A stretch of DNA of 64,000 nucleotides from Bacteroidales bacterium (GTDB lineage Bacteria > Bacteroidota > Bacteroidia > Bacteroidales > JAAUTT01): positions 760 through 64,759 of the forward strand of contig DATALJ010000205.1 of the NCBI GenBank assembly GCA_036261135.1, in the 5' to 3' direction. The position numbers were made by a program, and so were the translations under genes. The number at the start of each line of letters is the position of its first letter. The first letter of the stretch is position 1. The notes under the pieces are model-generated. The model was not told where the DNA came from and did not search any database. It saw only the letters and a program-made list of their open reading frames with translations. This document shows positions 1 to 7,025 of this stretch, piece by piece.

Positions 1-249
1 ACTGGTAACAAGTGGGCCAATAAGGAATATATCCGCCACACTGGATACCCCGGAGGACAACGTATTGTTACTGCTGAACAAATGCTTGCTAAGAAGCCCA
101 TTGCTATTATCGAAAAAGGCATTAAAGGTATGTTACCTAAAAATCGTTTAGCTAGTTCAGTGTATCGTAACCTTCATGTTTATGCAGGTGCACAACACCC
201 ACACGAAGCTCAGGAACCAAAAGAATTTGACATCAATACAATTAAATAA
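1..249 (+). CDS. rplM: 50S ribosomal protein L13, C-terminal part (5' end outside window)
   Basis: Frame 1 from the window edge reads TGNKWANKEYIRHTGYPGGQRIVTAEQMLAKKPIAIIEKGIKGMLPKNRLASSVYRNLHVYAGAQHPHEAQEPKEFDINTIK*. This is the conserved C-terminal half of bacterial L13. TAA lies at 247-249, directly upstream of rpsI as in the conserved rplM-rpsI pair. Confidence 0.9.
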   Translation, partial: TGNKWANKEYIRHTGYPGGQRIVTAEQMLAKKPIAIIEKGIKGMLPKNRLASSVYRNLHVYAGAQHPHEAQEPKEFDINTIK

Positions 250-254
250 TCAGT

Positions 255-641
255 ATGGAATTAATTAACGCAATAGGAAGAAGAAAAGCTGCCGTTGCCC
301 GTGTTTACCTTGGCCAAGGCAAAGGTAACATCACTATCAACGATAGAGATTTCAAAGAATATTTTCCCGATGCAATTCTGCAATATATTGTTGAACAACC
401 TTTAAACCTGCTCAGCGTTGCACAAAACTATGATATCAAAGTTAACCTCGATGGTGGCGGTATCAAAGGTCAGGCTGAAGCTTTACGTTTAGCAATTACA
501 CGTGCGCTTATCAAAATAGATGAAACCTGCAAGCCAAAATTAAAAGAAGCTGGTTTCACTACTCGTGACCCACGTGAAGTTGAACGTAAGAAACCAGGTC
601 GTCCAAAAGCACGCAAACGCTTCCAGTTCAGCAAACGTTAA
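255..641 (+). CDS. rpsI: 30S ribosomal protein S9
   Basis: 128-aa ORF with GRRKAAVARV, GGGIKGQAEALRLAITRAL and the C-terminal basic tail KKPGRPKARKRFQFSKR typical of S9. Confidence 0.97.
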   Translation: MELINAIGRRKAAVARVYLGQGKGNITINDRDFKEYFPDAILQYIVEQPLNLLSVAQNYDIKVNLDGGGIKGQAEALRLAITRALIKIDETCKPKLKEAGFTTRDPREVERKKPGRPKARKRFQFSKR

Positions 642-670
642 CAAGCAACTTAACTGTTGTTTAGTATCTA

Positions 671-717
671 AATTATGCAGACTTCTGGCAAGTTTTGCCC
701 AGGACTACTGCATAATT
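671..717 (+). promoter_or_regulatory. Stem-loop in the rpsI-rpsB spacer (candidate rpsB leader structure or weak terminator)
   Basis: Perfect 10-bp inverted repeat AATTATGCAG (671-680) / CTGCATAATT (708-717). An inner imperfect pairing CTGGCAA / TTGCCCAG is present. The structure ends 38 nt before the rpsB ATG. Confidence 0.35.
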
Positions 718-754
718 GATTTTAAAAGAATGTAAACAATTAAATAAAATTTCA

Positions 755-1627
755 ATGTCTGTAACAGTACAACAATTATTAGATGCAGGTGTGCATTTTG
801 GTCACCTCAAGAGAAAATGGAATCCTGCAATGGCTCCTTATATTTTTATGGAGCGTAATGGTATTCACATCATCGACCTTCACAAAACCCAGGCTAAGCT
901 GGAAGATGCCGCACAAGCATTAAAACAAATCGCAAAATCAGGACGCAAGATACTCTTCGTAGCTACCAAAAAGCAGGCTAAAGATATCGTGTCTGAACGC
1001 ATAAACGCTGTTAACATGCCATACGTTACCGAACGCTGGCCAGGTGGTATGCTTACCAACTTCCCAACCATTCGTAAGGCTGTTAAGAAGATGGGCTCTA
1101 TCGATAAAATGTCTACCGACGGAACTTTCGATAACCTTTCGAAACGCGAAAAATTACAAATCTCACGTCAACGCGCAAAACTGGAAAAGAACTTAGGCAG
1201 TATCGCCGATCTTACCCGTTTGCCCGCTGCATTATTTGTTGTTGATATATTAAAAGAAAACATTGCTGTTCGCGAAGCAAAACGTTTGAACATCCCTGTT
1301 TTTGGAATGGTTGATACCAACTCTGATCCAAACACAGTTGATTTCCCAATCCCAGCTAACGACGATGCTTCAAACTCAATAGCTATTGTTATTGAAACCA
1401 TAGCAGCTGCTATTCAGGAAGGCTTAGGCGAACGCAAAGCTGAACGCGAAAAAGAAGGCGACAAAGCCGAAGGCAATGGTAAAGCTAAAGCTAAAAAAGG
1501 CACATCGAAATCGAAATTCGATAACATGATCGATGAAGAAGAAGTTGTTGCTGTAGCTCCAAAAGCTAAAATTGCTGACAAAGCTCCTGCACGTAAAGTG
1601 AAGAAAGTTAAAACCAAAGAAGATTAA
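755..1627 (+). CDS. rpsB: 30S ribosomal protein S2
   Basis: The ORF 716-1627 contains MSVTVQQLLDAGVHFGHLKRKWNPAMAPYIF, the canonical S2 N-terminus. I place the start at the ATG at 755. The lysine/alanine-rich C-terminal tail is common in Bacteroidota S2. Confidence 0.95.
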   Translation: MSVTVQQLLDAGVHFGHLKRKWNPAMAPYIFMERNGIHIIDLHKTQAKLEDAAQALKQIAKSGRKILFVATKKQAKDIVSERINAVNMPYVTERWPGGMLTNFPTIRKAVKKMGSIDKMSTDGTFDNLSKREKLQISRQRAKLEKNLGSIADLTRLPAALFVVDILKENIAVREAKRLNIPVFGMVDTNSDPNTVDFPIPANDDASNSIAIVIETIAAAIQEGLGERKAEREKEGDKAEGNGKAKAKKGTSKSKFDNMIDEEEVVAVAPKAKIADKAPARKVKKVKTKED

Positions 1628-1647
1628 TCTAAAAATATTAAAATAAA

Positions 1648-2490
1648 ATGGCACAAGTTACTGCTGCTGAGATTAACAAACTCAGACAAATGACAGGCGC
1701 AGGGATGATGGATTGCAAAAAAGCCCTCGAAGAAGCCAACGGCGATTACGAAAAAGCACAGGAAATTATCCGCAAAAAGGGACAATTGGTTGCTGCTAAA
1801 CGTGCCGACCGCGAAGCTACCGAAGGTGTTGTTCTTGCAAAAACCAATGCTGATGCCTCTTTTGGCGCTCTTACTGTTGTATGTAGCGAAACCGACTTCG
1901 TTGCTAAAAACGAATCATTCATCAAGTTTGCTTCTGATATCAACGACGTTGCTGTAGCAAGCAAACCTGCTGACATCGATGCTTTAAAAGCACTTAAGGT
2001 TGGCAACTTAACTGTTGCTGATGCTGTAATGGAAAAAGTTGGTGTGATCGGCGAAAAAATCGACCTCATCATTTATTCAAAAGTTGAAGCTGCTCAGGTT
2101 GTTGCTTACATCCACCCAGGTAACAAATTAGCTACTTTGGTTGGGTTCAACAAAAAGCTTACTGACGTTCAGGTTGGTAAAGACGTAGCTATGCAGATTG
2201 CTGCAATGAACCCAGTTGCTGTTGATAAAGCTTCAGTTCCCGAAGCAATTGTTGCTAAAGAACGCGAAATTGCTAAAGAACAAACAGCACTCGACAAAAA
2301 GAACGAAGGCAAACCAGCTAATATCATCGAAAAGATTGCTGAGGGTAAACTCGAAAAATTCTTTAAAGAAAACACATTGATGAGCCAGGAATTCGTTAAG
2401 GATTCAAAACATACTGTTGGCGAATATTTAATGAGTGTTGACAAGGATTTAAAAGTTACAACCTTTGTTCGCTACACACTGAATGCATAA
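1648..2490 (+). CDS. tsf: Translation elongation factor Ts
   Basis: N-terminal UBA-like motif ITAAEINKLRQMTGAGMMDCKKALEEANGDYEKA and an EF-Ts core. It lies directly after rpsB (conserved rpsB-tsf pair). Confidence 0.97.
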   Translation: MAQVTAAEINKLRQMTGAGMMDCKKALEEANGDYEKAQEIIRKKGQLVAAKRADREATEGVVLAKTNADASFGALTVVCSETDFVAKNESFIKFASDINDVAVASKPADIDALKALKVGNLTVADAVMEKVGVIGEKIDLIIYSKVEAAQVVAYIHPGNKLATLVGFNKKLTDVQVGKDVAMQIAAMNPVAVDKASVPEAIVAKEREIAKEQTALDKKNEGKPANIIEKIAEGKLEKFFKENTLMSQEFVKDSKHTVGEYLMSVDKDLKVTTFVRYTLNA

Positions 2491-2512
2491 TTCATAAAGC
2501 ATATAGAAAAAG

Positions 2513-2541
2513 AGAGAGCTCCATAGGCTCTCTTTTTTTTT
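2513..2541 (+). terminator. Rho-independent terminator after tsf
   Basis: Stem AGAGAGC (2513-2519) / GCTCTCT (2527-2533), loop TCCATAG, followed by a run of about 9 T. Confidence 0.8.
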
Positions 2542-2627
2542 GTTATTAATGGCGAGGTTTTTATTTTTACACTTATAAGGAGTGCGTAATACATCCGGCA
2601 CTTCGACAAGGCCGTGTAGTCATACGT

Positions 2628-2730
2628 GTCATTCCGGCGTAGGCCGGAATCCGTCGCCTACGAAGCAATGCGGATTGTTTACTGCAAACAGGCTCCGTAG
2701 TTTAGGGATTCCGGCCTGCGCCGGAATGAC
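2628..2730. repeat. REP/MITE-like palindromic element, copy A (103 bp)
   Basis: Left end GTCATTCCGGCGTAGGCCGGAATC (2628-2651). The right end GATTCCGGCCTGCGCCGGAATGAC (2707-2730) is its reverse complement at 23 of 24 positions. Each end is itself an 8-bp hairpin (ATTCCGGC/GCCGGAAT). A homologous copy lies at 48007-48113. Confidence 0.8.
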
Positions 2731-2811
2731 ACGTAAGGCTGAGACAGCTTGTGCCACCGCTTGCGCGCGTTTGTAACGCGTGCACAAAACAAGAAACAAA
2801 ACAAAAATTAT

Positions 2812-3522
2812 ATGGCAACCTACAAACGTATTTTACTAAAACTTAGCGGCGAAGCCTTAATGGCAGATAAACCCACAGGTATCGATACCGGCCGCCTTAT
2901 GGAATATGCTGAACAGATAAAAGAAGCATCGGCACTTGGCGTAAAAATTGGCATTGTAATAGGTGGTGGCAATATTTTCCGCGGCCTTTCGGGTGTTAAC
3001 AAAGGATTCGACCGTATTAAAGGCGATTACATGGGTATGCTGGCAACCGTAATCAACGGGTTAGCTATTCAATCAGCATTAGAAAGCATTGGCGTAAAAG
3101 CGCGTATGTTAACCGCAGTTGCTATGGAACCTGTAGGCGAACGCTACAGCAAATGGCGCATCGAAGAAGCTTTTGCTAACAACGAAGTAGTAATCTTCAC
3201 ATTTGGCACGGGAAACCCATTCTTTACAACCGATACTGCTTCATCGTTGCGTGCTGTGGAAATGCAGGCCGATGTACTGCTTAAAGGAACCCGCGTGGAT
3301 GGCGTGTATACCGCCGATCCCGAAAAGGACCCGAAAGCCACAAAGTTCGACGAAATTACTTTCGACGAAGCCTATTCGCGCGGTTTGAATGTAATGGACC
3401 TTACCTCTTTCACCATGTGCAAAGAAAACAAGCTGCCAATCATTGTTTTCGATATGAATACCAAAGGAAACCTGAAACGGTTGCTTTCGGGCGAAAAGAT
3501 CGGCACGCTGGTAAAATTATAA
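2812..3522 (+). CDS. pyrH: UMP kinase
   Basis: MATYKRILLKLSGEAL..., GIVIGGGNIFRG and TADPEKDPKATKF are UMP kinase (amino-acid kinase fold) signatures. The upstream 21 codons of ORF 2749-3522 run into the repeat region, so I use the ATG at 2812. Confidence 0.95.
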   Translation: MATYKRILLKLSGEALMADKPTGIDTGRLMEYAEQIKEASALGVKIGIVIGGGNIFRGLSGVNKGFDRIKGDYMGMLATVINGLAIQSALESIGVKARMLTAVAMEPVGERYSKWRIEEAFANNEVVIFTFGTGNPFFTTDTASSLRAVEMQADVLLKGTRVDGVYTADPEKDPKATKFDEITFDEAYSRGLNVMDLTSFTMCKENKLPIIVFDMNTKGNLKRLLSGEKIGTLVKL

Positions 3523-3538
3523 TTCAAGCTAAAACTCG

Positions 3539-3838
3539 TTGCAATTTTGCCGCCCTGGTTTCCAGGCAACAAATTGTAACCCTACAAAACCTCCCCCAGG
3601 TTTCCAGGGAACATATTTGCAGCCTGCAAAACCGTCCCCGGAATTCCGGGCGACACTTTGCAGGGTTACAATTTGATGCCCGGAGTTTCAGTCGGCATTT
3701 TGCAGGGTTGCAAAGTGTCGCCTGAAATGTCAGGCATCGTTTTGCAGGGTTACAAAGTGTCGCCCGGAATGTCAGACACCGTTTTGCAACCTTACAAAGT
3801 GCTGCCTGGAATTTTTGACAGGTAATTGCAGTTTAAAG
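3539..3838. repeat. Tandem array of 7 full plus 1 truncated ~42-bp units, most able to form two short stem-loops
   Basis: Unit starts are at 3539, 3574, 3617, 3658, 3700, 3742, 3784 and 3826. Full-unit lengths are 35, 43, 41, 42, 42, 42 and 42. Units begin TTGCA/TTGTA...CAA and are followed by a GC-rich segment that is palindromic in most units, e.g. CCCGGAATTCCGGG and GCCTGAAATGTCAGGC. Confidence 0.85.
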
Positions 3839-3922
3839 ATCATATTACCCGGAACCATTTTATTATATTTCCGAACCATTATATTGCCTTTATAAACGTT
3901 TGCCTGAACTTGCGACTTACGC

Positions 3923-3954
3923 TTTGGACGAAACACTAAAATATAATATATTTG
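3923..3954 (+). promoter_or_regulatory. Candidate Bacteroidetes-type promoter for frr
   Basis: TTTG at 3923-3926 and TATATTTG (TAnnTTTG) at 3947-3954, 20 nt apart. The -7 box ends 30 nt upstream of the frr ATG. This matches the -33 TTTG / -7 TAnnTTTG consensus known for Bacteroides primary-sigma promoters. Confidence 0.45.
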
Positions 3955-3984
3955 CTCCTCGATAAACAGTAAACCTAATAACCA

Positions 3985-4548
3985 ATGGAAGAAGAAGTTC
4001 AATTATATCTCGACGATGCGAAGGATCAAATGGAAAAAGCCCTTACGCACTTAAACAACGAAATGATTAAGCTGAGGGCCGGAAAAGCAAACCCCAATAT
4101 GCTCGATGGCATCATGGTTGATTATTATGGCGCAAGCACACCACTCAGCCAGGTGGCTAACATCAATACGCCCGATGCCAAATCCATTGTTATTCAACCT
4201 TGGGAAAAGAAGATCATTGGCGAGATTGAAAAGGCTATTCTTGCAGCAAATATTGGTATTACCCCCATGAATAATGGCGATATAGTTCGCTTAAACTTAC
4301 CTCCGCTTACCGAGGAACGTCGTAAACAACTGGTGAAATCGGTAAATCACGAAGGCGAAAATGCAAAAGTAAGTGTCCGCACTGCCCGCCGCGAATGCAT
4401 CGAAGAGCTCAAAAAAATGCAGAAGAACGGGTTACCCGAAGATGCACAAAAAACAGCCGAAGAAAAGGTTGAAAAGCTTACCGAATCGTTCTACAAAAAG
4501 ATAGAAGAAATATTGGCCAAGAAAGAACAGGAAATAATGACTGTTTAA
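3985..4548 (+). CDS. frr: Ribosome recycling factor
   Basis: 187 aa with KLRAGKANPNMLDGIMVDYYGASTPLSQVANI, LPPLTEERRKQLVK and VRTARRE, all classic RRF motifs. Confidence 0.97.
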   Translation: MEEEVQLYLDDAKDQMEKALTHLNNEMIKLRAGKANPNMLDGIMVDYYGASTPLSQVANINTPDAKSIVIQPWEKKIIGEIEKAILAANIGITPMNNGDIVRLNLPPLTEERRKQLVKSVNHEGENAKVSVRTARRECIEELKKMQKNGLPEDAQKTAEEKVEKLTESFYKKIEEILAKKEQEIMTV

Positions 4549-4567
4549 TTGGAGCTGACAATAAATT

Positions 4568-4595
4568 AAAAACCCCGTTTACACGGGGTTTTTTG
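4568..4595. terminator. Bidirectional rho-independent terminator between frr and higA
   Basis: AAAAA-CCCCGT (4573-4578) TTAC ACGGGG (4583-4588)-TTTTTT. The A-run and T-run flanks allow it to act on both strands between the convergent genes. Confidence 0.8.
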
Positions 4596-4600
4596 TTCTA

Positions 4601-4906
4601 TCAGGCAGCGTAATTCTCCGCCTTCTTAATCTTGCTCAATTCAGCTTGCTTATTTCTCAAAGCCTCCTCCAAATCAAAATCGTCCTGCAGACCTAACCAA
4701 AACTTGGGAGAATTCCCAAAATACAAACTTAATCTCAGAGCTGTATCGGCTGTAATACTGCGGTCTCCTTTAAGAATAGACGAAGTCCTTGTTTGAGGAA
4801 TCCCAATATCTTTCGATAATTTATAGGCTGAAATATTCATTGGCTTAAGAAATTCTTCTAAAAGAATCTCTCCCGGATGCACATTTGCTAAAGTTTCCAT
4901 AGTCAT
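4601..4906 (-). CDS. higA: HigA/VapI-type XRE-family HTH antitoxin-like protein
   Basis: 101 aa: HPGEILLEEFLKPMNISAYKLSKDIGIPQTRTSSILKGDRSITADTALRLSLYFGNSPKFWLGLQDDFDLE is the HigA (addiction-module antidote) signature. Confidence 0.85.
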   Translation of the reverse strand: MTMETLANVHPGEILLEEFLKPMNISAYKLSKDIGIPQTRTSSILKGDRSITADTALRLSLYFGNSPKFWLGLQDDFDLEEALRNKQAELSKIKKAENYAA

Positions 4907-4961
4907 ACCTATTAATGATAATCAACAATTTTATAAGTAGCCCTTTTGCAATCTCAACAAC

Positions 4962-5672
4962 CTATAACCGTATCCTTTGTATCAATTCATTAAAACCTTG
5001 CCTGTATTGATTCCCGATAGGGATTTGCTTTTCTCCCAAGGTTACGCAATTGTACTCGATGGCGCGGATCTTGGGAACGGATACTATGTATGATTTGTGA
5101 ATGCGTATAAACTTGTCGCGTGGTAGCTTTTCCTCTATATGCTTCATTGTGCTCTTTGTCATGATGAACTTTGCACCGGTGTATATCTTCACATAATCCT
5201 TCAATCCTTCTATATAAAGAATGTCGTCCGCATTGATCTTAACCGTAGTATATTCTACTTTAACCAGGAGGTACTTATCCGGCTGCTCTTCAGCTACCGG
5301 TTGGGTAGCCTTTTGCATTAAATTATAAAGATTATAGGCTTTACCTGTAGCCTTAAGAAACCGATCGAAGGCAATGGGCTTTAAGAGATAATCCACGGCA
5401 TCCACATTAAAGCCTTCAAGCGCATAGTCGGAATAAGCCGTGGTAAAAATAACCATTGGCGGGGAACTCACGGTTCGCAGAAATTGAAGGCCTGTAAGAT
5501 GAGGCATTTGAATATCCAGAAAAACCAGATCGGTCTTATTTTTGGAGATATAGTCTATAGCCTGTATGGCGCTGGTAAACTTGGCTTCGAGATGAATAAA
5601 GTCTATTTTCCTGCAGAATTCTTCAATTATATTCAGCGCCAATGGCTCATCGTCAATAGCTATACAATTCAT
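4962..5672 (-). CDS. LytTR-family response regulator
   Basis: N-terminal receiver (IAIDDEPLAL, DLVFLDIQMP, KPI) plus a C-terminal LytTR DNA-binding domain (ILYIEGLKDYVKIYT, IRIHKSYIV). It overlaps the upstream kinase gene by 4 nt. Confidence 0.9.
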   Translation of the reverse strand: MNCIAIDDEPLALNIIEEFCRKIDFIHLEAKFTSAIQAIDYISKNKTDLVFLDIQMPHLTGLQFLRTVSSPPMVIFTTAYSDYALEGFNVDAVDYLLKPIAFDRFLKATGKAYNLYNLMQKATQPVAEEQPDKYLLVKVEYTTVKINADDILYIEGLKDYVKIYTGAKFIMTKSTMKHIEEKLPRDKFIRIHKSYIVSVPKIRAIEYNCVTLGEKQIPIGNQYRQGFNELIQRIRL

Positions 5673-6853
5673 CGATGGAGGTTGATTATCAGATTAACCG
5701 TAAAGATATCGTCTTTTTCGTGAATACGGAACTTGTATTGCTGTGGATATACCAGTTCGAGACGGCGGGCAATGTTTTTAATTCCAATACCTGAATCCTG
5801 ATCGGATGTTGGCCTGAGAACAATTTTATTGCGAACAGTAAAATCCAGTTTTTCATCGCGTATAACAATGCCAATATCAATAAAAGACTCGGTTATATTA
5901 TCAGCGCCATACTTAAAAGCATTTTCAAGCAGGGGAATTAGAATATGCGGTTCTATTTCGAAGTGCTCGTCGCTGACTTCCATCGAAAAATTAACTGTTA
6001 CTTTATTGGTAAGGCGAAGTTTCTGTAATTCGAGATAGTTTTCCACAACTTCCAGTTCGTTGCGTAACGAAACCTTCTCGTTATCGGCAGCATACAGCAT
6101 ATACCGAAGTATCGAAGACAACTTGAGTATAGCATCCGATGCAGGCGAAGGGTGGCTTATGGTCATAGAATAAATGCTGTTGAGCGAATTGAATAGAAAA
6201 TGAGGGTTTATCTGCTGTTTCAGATACTTCAGTTCAGCCGTTGTGCGTTCTTTCTCGCGCTCCGATTTGGCTTTCTCATCTTTGCGCCACCTTTCGATAG
6301 AAGAAATACTTAATGCAGCTAAAAAAACAACAAGAATTCCGGTAAAAGCGCTCAAATCCCGAGCTGTAAAGAAGCTATTCCATTGCCCCGGAGCACGCAT
6401 TCCGGTAGCAGGCGGTCGCCCGGGAATCCGGTATTCGCGCCCTCCCGCGCCAGCTTCAGGAGCCCGATGCATTTCTTCTTTTACAATTTTCTGAAAGTGC
6501 CACCGCCGAAACTCTTTCTTCATATAAAAAGCGCCAAAAAAAAGCGGAAGTAAGCATAGAATAAACAGAAGGGTTTTCCTGCGAAAAAGAAGTAAAGGAA
6601 TTAATACCAAATAACTAACATAAAATATGATCATGTAAATAACCATATCGCCCAGTAAGAAATCCGGTTTAATATTTACCCAATAACTTTTCAGGAAAAT
6701 ATAACTCAATAAAAAATAGATAGCCCACAGGGAAATATGCAAACCAATTTTGACCCACAGGCTGTCTAATATTCTTTTACCATCACCATTTTTTTCTTTT
6801 GACATAATTGATTGTGCTATATGATATAAAACCTCCATAAAGATAACATTCAA
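5669..6853 (-). CDS. Membrane sensor histidine kinase (LytS/His_kinase PF06580-type)
   Basis: Several N-terminal TM helices, then LKQQINPHFLFNSLNSIYS (His_kinase H-box) and a C-terminal HATPase region (ENAFKYG, GIGIKN). The start codon is uncertain (several in-frame ATGs in the first 17 codons). Confidence 0.85.
   Translation of the reverse strand: MNVIFMEVLYHIAQSIMSKEKNGDGKRILDSLWVKIGLHISLWAIYFLLSYIFLKSYWVNIKPDFLLGDMVIYMIIFYVSYLVLIPLLLFRRKTLLFILCLLPLFFGAFYMKKEFRRWHFQKIVKEEMHRAPEAGAGGREYRIPGRPPATGMRAPGQWNSFFTARDLSAFTGILVVFLAALSISSIERWRKDEKAKSEREKERTTAELKYLKQQINPHFLFNSLNSIYSMTISHPSPASDAILKLSSILRYMLYAADNEKVSLRNELEVVENYLELQKLRLTNKVTVNFSMEVSDEHFEIEPHILIPLLENAFKYGADNITESFIDIGIVIRDEKLDFTVRNKIVLRPTSDQDSGIGIKNIARRLELVYPQQYKFRIHEKDDIFTVNLIINLHR
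6386..6466. repeat. GC-rich REP-like island embedded in frame in the kinase CDS
   Basis: 81 nt with 59 G+C by hand count. It contains CATTCCGG...CCGGGAATCCGG, the same palindromic core as the REP-like element ends. It encodes RAPEAGAGGREYRIPGRPPATGMRAPG in a loop between TM helices. Confidence 0.35.
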
Positions 6854-7025
6854 AATGTTTGCTATAGATGGAGGTCCTATAAATTAAAAGCAAGATATAA
6901 ATTTCAATTATGCAAAGATCAAAATGAGGGAAATGTTTTAGCCTGAATAATTCCTAACCCATTTAGAGACTTCAGAAGGGATGAAGTTGTTAAGGCTATC
7001 GGAATTATTCAGGCTAGGTTTTCTG

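Noticed and set aside
716-754. N-terminal extensions offered by the ORF track for rpsB (716), pyrH (2749), the CaCA antiporter (30493), the SDR gene (56030), ribE (56031), DUF3667 (7705) and DUF4197 (39743).
   Set aside because: In each case the canonical family N-terminus or signal peptide begins at an internal ATG, and the extension overlaps intergenic structure. The shorter models were adopted.
2582-2776. 64-aa ORF (…CHSGVGRNPSP…GIPACAGMTRK…).
   Set aside because: It is a read-through of the GC-rich REP-like element. It has no start context and no family resemblance, and its composition is driven by the palindromes.
3417-3725. 102-aa ORF running through the end of pyrH and into the repeat array (…RHFAGLQ… repeated).
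   Set aside because: It is open only because the 42-bp repeat equals 14 codons. It overlaps pyrH out of frame, and its periodic peptide simply mirrors the DNA repeat.
3539-3838. Possible CRISPR array, because of regularly spaced palindromic repeats.
   Set aside because: The units are directly contiguous with no unique spacers. They are degenerate rather than near-identical. The period is about 42 bp in total, and no cas genes or leader are present. It is a tandem repeat, not a CRISPR array.
3772-4002. 76-aa minus-strand ORF between the array and frr.
   Set aside because: It overlaps the frr start and promoter region, is low-complexity and AT-driven, and resembles no known family.
4907-4961. 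Looked for a HigB/RelE-type toxin gene next to higA.
   Set aside because: Only 55 nt separate higA from the LytTR regulator stop, and the other side is a terminator plus frr. There is no room for a toxin ORF.
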